A stretch of 63,080 nucleotides of DNA, filler included, from Chiloscyllium plagiosum (Eukaryota): the NCBI RefSeq assembly GCF_004010195.1. It is 4 parts of one record of this genome, joined end to end, with 100 filler letters (N's around TTAATTAATTAA, not from the genome) between each part and the next. Parts side by side here need not be neighbours in the genome. Positions count along the whole stretch, not along the records: positions 27,491 to 51,955 come from NC_057711.1; 3 more parts are not named here. One strand, 5' to 3'. Under the pieces are notes generated by a model. It worked only from the letters and a program-made list of their open reading frames with translations. It made no database searches and was not told the origin of the DNA. How positions within the stretch are numbered: the first letter of the stretch is position 1; each line of letters starts with the position of its first letter. Position numbers and translations under genes: made by a program. Positions 36,146-47,733 of the stretch are shown piece by piece.

Positions 36146-37439
36146 TATCATGAGGCTATCACAACCCCAACACAGAGTGTCCTTGCTGCAGTATTACAAT
36201 AGTATTTGCTGAAGGTGCAGCATTGAAATGCTGAAGTGTATGGTGAATGGTTCGGAGATGTGCCATGACAGTTCTTAGAGGCTGGCACATACCTAAATCC
36301 AATATCTGTGGATATTGGGTGCATGTGGCAATGCCCTGATTTGTTGGTGCCCTGTGTCCACAATAGAGGTCCTGTGGAACAGGCAGTGAGCTGAATTTGC
36401 CAAGTACCCACTCTGGTTCCTATGTCGAGCTTTCTCAACATCTAGCTTTCTTGACACTTGGCAAAATTGAAAGCTGAATATTCTTGAGATGAGTTAAGTC
36501 ATCAACAAAGTGTTTATCAAGCATTAAGCACCCTTATTTGAGAAAACACCTCACAAGAAAGTCATTCGGCCATTTCTAAAAAGCATAAAAGATAGAATGA
36601 GATGCTGTAGATGTGTAGATTGGCCTCACTGGTTTCTGGCACAAGCCTTGTCATAATCCACATTGCCCAGACCCCTATGAGATTTCACACTGTAAGATTC
36701 TTAAGATTCTCCTCCATGCAGGAGCACATGGAGGATAGTTCATGACCAGAGGGTATAAGCTTAGAGTAAGGGGTTACATATTTACAACAGAGATGAGGAG
36801 GAATTTATTTTCTCAGAGGGTGGTGGATCAGGAAGTCTTTGCCACAGAGGCTATAGAGACTGGGTCATTAAGTATGTTAGGGCTGAGATAAACAGGTTTT
36901 TAATCATGAAAAGAATCAAGAATTACAGAGTAAGGCAGGAAAGTGGAGTTGAGGATCATCAGATCAGTCATGATTTCATTGAATTGGGGAGCAGACTTAG
37001 TCGGCTAAATGGTTTACTTCTTTTCCTATGTCTTATGTTTTTATGATTTTGAAATATTTGAAGTTTGCTCATTGATAGCATTTGACTAATTCTTATTCTT
37101 GGCATTTTAAATTCTTATTGTGACCTGCTTTTCTAAGATAGATGCAGTGCTATGAGACTGACAAATAGCTACAGATTATTTGTGTTCATACTCCTGGTAT
37201 ATTCCCATTAAAATATGTAACTTACATGAAATATAAAGACAATTGTTTGTCTACGTGGGTTATTAAAAACATTCTGGGCAATAAGGTTGGGGCATTCACC
37301 TACAATGGCTGTGGAAGTATAGAGATGTAATTTATTGCTGTCAGAAATAAATTTTGGTCTGTACAGGAATGTTCTATCTAACAATGCAAATTTCAAATAA
37401 CTTTAAAAGAAATTCCTCACTTGACTGTTTGTAATGAAA

Positions 37440-38166
37440 CATTGAGTAGGCTATTTTGATTGTTCTGGCAAAGGTTGTTCCCACTTTGTCTGATGATAGA
37501 TTTCATTTGTTTTGGGCTCAGTCTTTATTTTCATTGGTGCTTGAAAAAGATGGTGTGAGAAACCACACCAAATTGTTAGCAATATTGAACAGCAGGTAAT
37601 AGGACTAGATTCCTCTCCAGGTGTGGGAGGATAATGGCAGGGCAGACATCTACCTGTACTTTATAGTCCAATACTATTCTCCTGTATTTCTTCACTATTC
37701 CTGCAGGGTCAGGCAGGACTGGGAGATAGGAAGCATGGAGAATCTTCAATAGAATACACACAGTGCACCACGGTAAAGCACACTGCAAACAGAACTGCAT
37801 GGACTTTGCGTCAGCTTTAAGGGAATATTCTGGAAAATGATTTTAATCTGCTTACTTTTACAGATCATTTTTTATACATGCTTGGCATGTTGGAAGTTGG
37901 AATTGGCAAAGCCAAGGTGTGATTTTGTTCAATGAACCGAATACACAGAACATTTTGACAGTGAGGGGAGCATCAGATCAGCATAAAGTGACTTTATTTG
38001 ATTTATCATTGATTCTTTGCAAGTACTAGGCCATGAGTTAATTCTAATCTGCTTTGGTTACTGACAAAGACTTGGTCCCTGAAGCATTGAGTAGGTTATC
38101 TTGATTATTATGGCAAAGGTTGTCCCTGTTTTGTCTGGTGGTAGATTTCATTTGTTTTGGGCTCAG
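37440..38166 (+). repeat. Pair of 82-bp imperfect direct repeats (37440-37521 and 38085-38166)
   Basis: cattgagtagg...tggcaaaggttgt...tagatttcatttgttttgggctcag occurs twice, offset 645 bp. Confidence 0.85.
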
Positions 38167-38585
38167 GATCATCTGTTTGGCATCTTTAATGCTCTTTTTA
38201 TATTAGCTTTCGCAAAAGTAAAGTTTTGTGCTAAGGACATGATTTCCCAATGAGAGTTTCTCTACTCTGTAGAATAGTGGGATTACACTAAAAAAATATA
38301 AAATGATGGTGCATAATGGTGTATTGGTTATGTCAGACTTAAGTAAAGAGAGTTGGAAGGAAGTTATGAGATTGTGTATGTAGGTTCAGCTATAAATAAA
38401 TAATTCTTGCAGAAGATTCCACAGAGTGTAGCAGCATCACTTTGGGAGACTAAATAGAGTTAGACTTCATACAAACAGCAAAAGATATTCCTACATTATG
38501 ACAAGAATGCAAAGATTCAAGGCGATTGGACCGAAGCAGCATTGAAAATCTACTTTTCTTTTATGCTCATACCATGAACCAGAAT

Positions 38586-38844
38586 AAGCAGACCACAAAG
38601 CTTAGAGATTACTCAAAATCCTGAAGAAGGGCTAATGCCCGAAACGTCGATTCTCCTATTCCCTGGATGCTGCCTGACCTGCTGCGCTTTTCCAGCAACA
38701 CAAAGCAGACCACAAAGCTTAGAGATTACTCAAAATCCTGAAGAAGGGCTTATGCCCGAAACGTCGATTCTCCTATTACCTGGATGCTGCCTGACCTGCT
38801 GCGCTTTTCCAGCAACACATTTTCAGCCCGCATTACTCAAAATC
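38586..38844 (+). mobile_element. Tandem dimer (117-bp unit) of a family B hammerhead element plus flank, with a 13-bp TSD
   Basis: attactcaaaatc at 38608, 38725 and 38832; CUGAAGA cores at 38621 and 38738. Confidence 0.85.
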
Positions 38845-38919
38845 AGTACAGCAGACAACTTACCACATCTTCCACTCCCTGTGCATCTTCAAGGTGCAGA
38901 CATTGCTCTCTCTTCGTGG

Positions 38920-39320
38920 ATGATTTGATTTGATTTATTGTAGTCACATGTACCTATATGCAGTGAAAAGTTTGTTTTGTGAGCAGTACAGTCAGATCAT
39001 AGCAAACAGGATATACAGATTATAGGGTACTTAGAGAGAGTGAGGCATACAAGGTTACAGCTGCACAGGAGATGTGCAAAGCAAGAATAACATTATTTGA
39101 AGTTAAAGAGGACCTTTCTGCAGTCTACGAATGGCTGGGAAGAAGCTGTTCTTCGGGAGTGTGTATACAAGCTACTGTATCTTCTGCCTGATGGAAGAGG
39201 TTGGAACAGAGCATTACTGGGGTGGGAGTGGTCTTTGATGATGTTGGCAGCTTTTCTGCAGCAACAGGAAGTGTAAATGGAGTCCATGGATGGGAGGTTG
39301 GCTTCTATGATGGTCCAGGC
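38920..39320 (-). mobile_element. Rex1/Babar-like non-LTR retrotransposon 3' end
   Basis: KAANIIKDHSHPSNALFQPLPSGRRY C-terminal motif and aataaa(tcaaa)n tail. Confidence 0.75.
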
Positions 39321-39399
39321 CGGGCCTTACCATATCTGCTGAGTCTTTACCAGCAATTTCTGATTTCCAGCATCCACATTTTAAATTTTTTTTTGTTTC

Positions 39400-39860
39400 G
39401 GTTTACCAAGATGTTGCCTGGATTGGAATATATTAGCTAGAAGGAGGAGTTGGACACACTAGGATTATTTTTGTTAGTACATCAGAGGCTGATGGGTGCC
39501 TGCATAGAAGTATATAAAATTATGAGGGGCATGGATAGGGTAGATAGTCGGAGTCCCCTTCCCAGACCAAAAATGTCAAACACTAAGGGGCGTATGTTTA
39601 AGCTGAGAGGAGGAAAGTTTAAAGGAGGAGGTGTATGAGGAAGGTTTTTGACACAGAGGGTAGTAGGTGGCTAGAATGCGCTGCCAGGGTAAGTGGTAGA
39701 AACAGATACAATAGCAAAGTTCAAGAGGCATTTAGACAGATACTTGACCAAGCAAGGAATAGAGGGATATGGACCATGTGCAGGCAGCTGGAATTAGTTT
39801 TGAATAGTATTGTGGTTAGCACAGACATGGCCTGAAGGGCCTGTTCCTGTGCTGTACTGT
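39400..39860 (+). mobile_element. CR1 LINE 3' end
   Basis: LGLFLLVHQRLMGACIEVYKIMRGMDRVD; tail gaagggcctgttcctgtgctgtactgt. Confidence 0.85.
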
Positions 39861-40179
39861 TTCTATTATGTTTTTCAACCAGAAAACTTTTCTTTACTCC
39901 TCTCTGTTTGTGGAAATCTTACAAGGGTCATGAGAGATGCTTGCCTTCATCGTCAATCATCTATGCTGAGCCAGGAGAGTTAGTGTGGCAACCTGTTATA
40001 TGATAGAAGAGTTCACATGCAGAATATGATGACTGGCATCAGTGAAGTTGATGAGATTTTGAGTGACACAACAATTGCTCTCGGCACATGTAAGAGGCCC
40101 TGGTTCTATCAAACTGGATAACACTATTTCTTTTTTGGTTTCATTGGAGATAACACAACATAACATTCTCAAATGTCAA

Positions 40180-41085
40180 ATAATAATGACCTCCAACAAA
40201 TGAGAATCCAACCACTGCCATTGATAGTCAATACCATTATTGAATATCTCACTAACACCAACTTATGGTTTATCGTGGATCAGAAACTGAACTGAACCAA
40301 TCATATAAATACTGCAGCTACAAGAGCAGGTAGGAGCCTGAAACTCAGAGGCGAGTAATTTGACTCCTGACTCCCATATCTTGTCTGTCATCCAAGGCTC
40401 AAGTCACTTGCCTGGATTAGTGCAGCTCCAACAACACTCAAGAGATTCAACACTATTCAGGATAGACCAAGTTAAAAATCACACAACATCAGGTTATAGT
40501 CCAACAGGTTTAATTGGAAGCACACTAGCTTTCAGAGCGACGCTCCTTCATCACCTGATGAAGGAGCTTCACTCTGAAAGCTAGTGTGCTTCCAATTAAA
40601 CCTGTTGGACTATAACCTGGTGTTGTGTGATTTTTAACTTTGTACACCCCAGTCCAACACCGGCATCTCCAAATCAGGATAGACCAGGCTGTTTAATTGG
40701 CACCCAATCTAACACCTTCAACATTCACTCCCTCCATTATTAATGCATAGTAGCAACAGTGTGTGCCAGCTCCAAGATGTACTGCAACAACTCATCTAAG
40801 CTCCTGCACTATCACCTTCCAAAGCTGCAAGCAGTACCAGCTGAAAGATAAAGGCAACAGATTCGTGGGAACACAATTCCCCTCCAAGCTAATCACCATC
40901 TTGATTCGGAATTACATGACATTCACTCACACCCTTTCTCTGTGTCACATTGTGTGTACATATATACTAATAAGAACTGCAACACTTCAAGAAGGCAACT
41001 TATCACCTCCTTTTCAAGGGCAATTAAGAATGGCCATTAATACTGGCCAACTAGCACATTTATATCCTGTGACTGAATTAAAAAC
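40180..41085 (+). mobile_element. Old CR1-group LINE 3' portion hosting a family A palindrome
   Basis: Similar to 29870-30650; tail gggcaattaagaatggcc. Confidence 0.65.
40470..40673. mobile_element. Palindromic family A hammerhead element with a 13-bp TSD
   Basis: TSD tcaggatagacca at 40457-40469 and 40674-40686; centre ccttcatca-cc-tgatgaagg; + strand motif CAC CUGAUGA A GGAG..CUCU GAAA GCUA GUG. Confidence 0.85.
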
Positions 41086-41869
41086 ACAAGCAACAGTTGT
41101 CCTCTTGATTCAGGTCGAGGCTGTTGCTTGACTAAAATAGATGACTGGTGCCGAATACCACCCAGAAGGATCCAGTTGCAATGAACTTGGAAGTTATGTT
41201 TCGACATGACACTGATTTTCATGTAATTCCACTGGCTGTGATCGGCTGATTTTGGGTCAATAGTTGTCACTAACTCCTGAAGTAGTCTCTCGGGGGTTAT
41301 AAGATCAGTCTTCTATTACAATGGTACACAGAAAGATCTAAACAAGATCATTGTAGTCTGTTAACTTTGATATGTGGATTTGCATGTATGTAGAGAAGAT
41401 GCCTTTCACATTGCCTCACTCTAACAGCCTTCCCATCCTGTCCTTTTGTCAATCAGATAAAAATGGAGAAATTCTCATTGGGAAGCACACACTCTCAAGG
41501 TAAAACTATACATTTTAATCAGAACATCAGTCCTTTCAGGGCCTCCAGCATTCTAAACAAATGAAATTCTCAATAAGAAAAAGCAGATCCAACATTTGGC
41601 TGTAGCAGTCTACTGGCCTGTTGAATCCTGCACTCTCTTCTTTACTTGATTCACTATTCCATTGCTTATGGCTCAATTCACATTTCTATTTCCTACTCCC
41701 TTTGTCACCCACTTTTTGTTCCCTTTACTGGCCTGTTCACTTTTCCTTCGCCTCTCACTTCTTTGTCTCTTTGTCATGATGTTCTCCAGCCCCTCTTTAT
41801 CCAGTTCCCCACTCTCCTTGCTGCCTTATGCTTCTGTCCCTTCACTGGGAATAGGGATGCATGTGCAGT

Positions 41870-42384
41870 GAGTGCATCTCCTGCAGTTTAGTTGGCAGTA
41901 GACACTCCATCAAGGACATGCAAATCCTGGGCCCCCTCCAATGCCAAATCAAAACCACCCACCAACTGGAGGAAGAACACCTCATCTTCTGCCTTGGGAC
42001 CCTTCAACCACATAGCATCAACATTCTCAAGTTTCCAAATCACCCCATCCTCAACTTCATCCCAGATCCAACCCTCCAACTCAGCACCACTCTCTTGACC
42101 TGTCCTATCTCTTCATCTTCCTTCCCACCTATCTGCTCCACCCTCCCCTCCAATCTATCACCTCCCACCTGCATCCACTTTTCGTCATCCCATCTACCTT
42201 CCCCAAGCCCACCCATACCCCCTATTTATCTCTTAGCCCCCTTCCCTCTCCACATTCCTGATGAACGGCTTATGCCCGAAACATTGACTATTCTGCTCCT
42301 CGATGCTGCCTGACCTGCAGTGCTTTTCCAGAGCCATACTTTTCAACTCTGATCTCCAGTATCTGCAGTCTTCACTTTCTCCTC
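41870..42384 (+). mobile_element. Penelope-like element 3' end (GIY-YIG C-terminus, pyrimidine-rich UTR, family B hammerhead terminus)
   Basis: DMQILGPLQCQ...LEEEHLIFCLGTLQPHSINI resembles the PLE endonuclease C-terminus; tcctgatgaacggcttatgcccgaaacattga at about 42256-42287. Confidence 0.78.
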
Positions 42385-43979
42385 CAACCTGTAGAAATCC
42401 AACCTCTGTCATGTTACTGCAGAGAAACAGGACATTCAGCCCATTAACTATTTTAACAACTCACTTCGCATGATCCACCAAGGTCAAATCCACTTTTCAT
42501 TTCCCGTTAAGATTCTTTTTCAAACGGGCTAGTTAATTTTTCTTCAACCATGATTTATACTGAAAAATTCTATTTTAAAATCACGTTGTGATCATGTTAA
42601 TCATCCTATATTTTCTGTTTTGATCATCCTAACTTGGTATTCCCTCTAGCATTTTATCAACTTGTTTATCATTATTGACCTCATCGTAATCATCAATGTA
42701 TTGAATTTCCTTTAATGTCACCTCTAAGTCTGCTCAGCTCTGGAGAAAAGAGCCCTTGCTTCTCAAGACTGTTTTCATAACTATTTAGCATCTCAGTGAA
42801 TTATTTTATATCTCTGGCATTACTTTTATATCATGCTTGCGATATCAAGCCTCAGATATGTACAGTGTTTTATATGTAGTTGGAAGTTTTGTATAAGTTA
42901 AGCATACATATTCTCCAATGAAAGATATGATTAAAGAGTAAAAACTCCATGTGGCTACATTGAGTGGCTGTCCAAATGCTTCAGGATGAATTGTCCAAAC
43001 TGTAAATAAGGGGTAGAAAGCTGTTAGCATCTGGTTTTGAAGACGCAGCTGAAACATGAGCCCAAACAGACCAAAATGGGACCTTCAGCCGCATTATAAT
43101 AATAATTGGGCACTTGACAGACCTGAAAATATTACGAACAGAATTATGCAATTCTTATCTACTCTGGACTAAAGCCACATCTCTGCAATGGTATTATATC
43201 ATTAATGTTCATAGTTATGAGAATGTACTGACCCATGTACTAGGTCTTTATTTACTAGCTCCTTTTCCTCCTTGATGGATGCATATGTTTGTTATTAATT
43301 CATGAAAATCCTTGGCTGCAGTGTAATTTCCATCTACATGTTGCAATCTGTCCATTTACATCTGTTATGTAAGATATTCTATTGCTTGTGAGCCATTTCA
43401 AAATCATAGATTGCACAATATTTGTTTGTTGTTGCAACATGGCAATGATAAGTGATTCAGAACATTACCATTTATTGCAGATACAATAGGTTTATGACTA
43501 AGCATGATGAAGAGAAATTAAAATCTATTTCGCAGTGCTTCACCAGAAAACAATAACTGCAAAATGGAGGGAGCTTTAGGTATGATTTATAACTAACGTG
43601 GGAGTGCCAAAAAATAAAAGTGCTGGATAGCCCAGTGCTGACACCTTTCTCTGTTAAGCATAACAAATACATACAATGTATAAACAACACAGCCAAAAAA
43701 ATGTTTCACTTGTTTCTGTTTCTTTTCAGTTGAAGTGCATACCAATGATCAAAGGCAAGCCTGCGGCCTTTTGCTTTGCTGCAATGCTAGTAACAAAATA
43801 ATGAACCAAAATCACAGGACGGGGACCTCAGAGTGTGTTAAAAAAAAGTGTTGGAAGATGACGAGGGCCTGATCTATCATTTCACTTCCTTAATACCTTT
43901 TATTTTTCTGCTAAAACATCTGTTAATAATTATGATTTGCTTTGACTTTCAAAGATGTACTCAGCTGAAAATAAAGGGA

Positions 43980-44220
43980 AGAAAGCCTTGCTTTTATAGT
44001 ACGCTTTTCATTTCCTTAGGATGTCCCAAAGCGCTTTGAAGCCAATTAAGCACTTTTTAGCTGTAATCATGGTTGCAACATAGGAAGCTAATCTGAACGT
44101 AACATGCTCCCACAAACAGCAGTGATATAAATGGCCAGGTTGATGCTGGCTGAGGGGTAAATATTGGCAAAAGAGAACTAATCTGCACTCCTTCGAATAG
44201 TGCTGTGTGATCTTTCATGA
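43980..44220 (-). mobile_element. DeuSINE (SacSINE1/AmnSINE1-like) fragment
   Basis: ggatgtcccaaagcgcttt...gctcccacaaacagc...tgaggggtaaatattggc...cttcgaatagtgc resembles the Deu domain as I recall it. Confidence 0.6.
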
Positions 44221-44745
44221 CAGAGGAATTCAATTAAGAACAAACGTTATAGAGAATTACTTAACTTTAAAGGGAGTTAGCGGTCTAAAACAGGGCAGGA
44301 TGTGTGGTTAACTCAGTTGAACAGATTGCTAGAATGTGGTTCAGATGTGGGGTTCAACCCCAGTATTCAGATGAAGTAGATTTGGAGCATTTACTTATCT
44401 GCCTCATTTTAAAATCACAGCATAAATTGTGCTTCAGCTGTCTTCAAATAATTGGGGATTTTTGTTATTTATAAAAACATAAAAACAAAGACAATAAGAT
44501 CAGGAGTAGGCTGCTCAGCCCTCTGCTCCCCTACTCCACCATTCAATATGATCATGGTTAATTATTCAACTCAGTATCCTGTTCATGCTTTCCCCTATAG
44601 CCTTTGATACCTTTAACCCATACAAACTTCAAAGTAATTCCTTCTCAAACACGTTAAGATGGATTTTTTCAACCAGGGTGATATGGTGGGATCAATTGTT
44701 TTCAGCTCGGACAGTAACCTGGCCTAGCAATGCTTCATAGAATCC

Positions 44746-45030
44746 CAAAAGTCACACGACACCAGGTCATAGTCCAACAGATTTATTTTAAATCACAAGT
44801 TTTGAAGCACTGAAATCTTCATTTGATGAAGGAGCAGTGCTTTGAAAGCTTGCGATTTTAAATACAATATAATTTTAAATAAATTGCAAGCTTTCGAAGC
44901 ACTGCTCCTTCAACAAATGAAGATTTTGGTGCTTCAAAACTTGTGATTTTAAATAAATCTGTTGGACCGTAACCTGGTATTGTGTGACTTTTGGCTTTGT
45001 CCACCCCAGTCTAACACTGGCATCTCCACA
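44746..45030. mobile_element. Doubly palindromic family A element with an 11-bp TSD
   Basis: TSD tcatagaatcc at 44735-44745 and 45031-45041; outer inverted arms at about 44746-44863 and 44875-44993, each holding an inverted pair of degraded modules. Confidence 0.8.
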
Positions 45031-45318
45031 TCATAGAATCCTCATAGTGCAGATAGAGGCCATTCAACCCATCAAGCCTGCACTGACCCTCCCATCCAGA
45101 ACTACCCTATTCCTGTAACCCTGCAATGGGGTGTTACCCCATAGCTAATCCTCCGAGACGACACATCTTTGGACTGTGGGATGGAGGGAGAATACAAACC
45201 CACAGTGTTAATGAGGAAAACATGCAAACTCCACACAGACAGTCACCCAAGGCTGAAGTAGAACCTAGGTCCCTGGCACTCTGAGGCAGCTGTGCTAACC
45301 ACTGAGTTACTATGCTGC
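45031..45318 (-). mobile_element. HE1-type SINE (diverged)
   Basis: acatctttggactgtggga...caaactccacacagacagtcaccc...gtgctaaccactgag. Confidence 0.85.
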
Positions 45319-47733
45319 TATACTGTAGTCTGCTCCAATTCTCTGCACCCAGCATGTATACAATAGTCTACTGCTCGTGAGGTAACCAGGAAGGTCAAAT
45401 GACAAATCCAAGCAGCTGTTTCTTGGAGCCAGGAGGATAATTCTTTCCTACTCCAAGAAAAATTAAATTCTGGTAGGTTTTGGATGTTTTATGGAACAGC
45501 TGGTCAAAACCTGTAAATGCCTATCAGAACTTGTGTATGTAAACTCCAATTAAGGTAAACAAATTTATGAGTCCGAGAATGAGGTAGTTGTAAAAGCTTC
45601 ATATCAATACTGGATACTTCAGTCGTGCAAGGTGGATTATTTGAGGTGCCAGTAAAAATAAGCATGACAACTCCGAAGTGGTTTAAATACCTGTGCAGAT
45701 AGTGTCTGTCCTGCTGAAAGATCCATCTCTAAATTATAAGCCTGAGTTAAGACATCACCGTGGGTCACTTGGATACTAAAGGCAAAATCTATTAAACAGT
45801 CCCTATTGCTTTGTTCGTATGATTCCTATTAAATTTCAATATCAGTGCTTGAAATTAAGTTGGCACACACAAATTGAACACATTTATCTGCAACTCTGAT
45901 AAATGTGATATTAGTTTGTTTTATTGACATTGAAAAGTGAAAACATTCCTTCATTCAATTCCATTGCACTTGTGTTGGCTGCAATTCGATTCGACATGTC
46001 AAATTTCTCTTCAATGTGTAATGCTTGATGTGGAGCAGGAAAGGCCCTTTGTGTTGTCAGGAGGAAATCAATACTGTACCAATTTCGAAGATTCCTGAAA
46101 GCACACAATAGTATCAATCCTGCAACTGAGCTGATGCCTCTTCCTCAATTATGTTGCAGTGCCAAAGTGACAAATGTATGCAGTAAGATTGACAAATGCA
46201 ACCTCTACTGTTGTCTAACGATTGATTTTTCTTCCAGGCTTCCATAAGAAAAGCTCATATTTGCAGGAGTTATTTTTATAGCAAGAAAGATTTCACAGTT
46301 TCCTTCTCGCTGGGTATATCAAGAGACCTTGAATAATGGCACAAGATCATTTCTGGCCCTCAATCTCATATTGCATCAGCATCAGTGACACTAACTGATT
46401 TTTAAAGGGGAAGGCTCTAATTAGTTCAGAGCTAGGTTAGTACACTGGGTGTGGTGTAGAGGTAGGACCTTATGAGTTGGGCATTGATTTTTAAAGGCAA
46501 ACTACAGCAACTAGTGGACTTGCCATTACCGAGAGGAATGGAGTAGGTGGAGGGTCAGTCGACCAGCAGCCTCACAGTCGATGCAAGTGCCCAAATGTTC
46601 ACTCCTCAAATACTCAAGCCAATCTGTTTAAGTGATGGCAACCTTGTGCCAAAGCATGAACACCACGGTGTGATTGGCTTACTTTATGCAAATATTCATC
46701 AGCAACTACAATGAATAAGCTCCTGACAGCTGTGTATAACGTGTTCCAGACTATTCGCTTTTTCTATTATTAATGTTAAATTTTGATTTTCAGCCTGTCC
46801 ACGCGATGACAAGCTCACAACAACTGAAGGTGTTTGTGTTGCTGCTCACTCCTCCACCTTCCCTTTAAGATGCAAGCCCCGTCTCAGAGGCACTGGAAGA
46901 CTCCCATGCCTAGTGAGTGTGGTTCTTTTCAGATCTCACTGGCATCTGACCTTACCCTTTACCAGTAGCTGGAAATCCAGCATCAGCAATCTTGCAATTT
47001 TGGCAAGGCAATAAATTAGACTCATTACTCCTAGATTGGTGTGGGGCTAGGATGTGGGTTATAAAAGTAATCAGATAACAAAATGATTCCCTTTAGTAAC
47101 TTCAGTAACTGGAAAACAGAGATTTAAATTCATTGGCAAAAGATCTAGCAGGGAAATGTGAAGAATTTGTTGGGATCTGGAATAACTGTCCAAATAAATT
47201 TTATGAGACCTATCCTTGGGTTTTCTCGAAGACCATTTCTTGATTTTTGAGAACTACTTTTTGATTTGCAGGGACTCCATTTTCATGCTCAATGATTCTT
47301 TTACGAGGTGACGCAGTCATGTGGTAACATCACCTTCTGGATTTATGTTCACTTTTTGGGTTTTCTTATTGAGATAGATAAGATAGCACATATACCAAAG
47401 ATTGTAAGATATAGGACTATACTGTAGTGAAATGTACTTTGAAAAGACCCAATGAGAAATGAACTGTAGCAAATTAACAAAGCTCCTTCAATAGTACTTT
47501 CCAAGGCAAAGTTGGAAAGTAATAGGGATACATGGGACGACACACACATGCAAGACTTCTCCAAACACCACACAATTGGAACTATATCACTGTTCCTTCA
47601 CTGTTAAATTGGTCAGAGTCCTGGAAGATGTTGTTTGCTGAACTGATGCAGTCCGTGCACAGATGGTGCTCTCCCAATGTTGTTGGGCAGAATGAGGGGG
47701 GTCATTGATGGCGTCCAGAGCAAGGCTGCGGCT

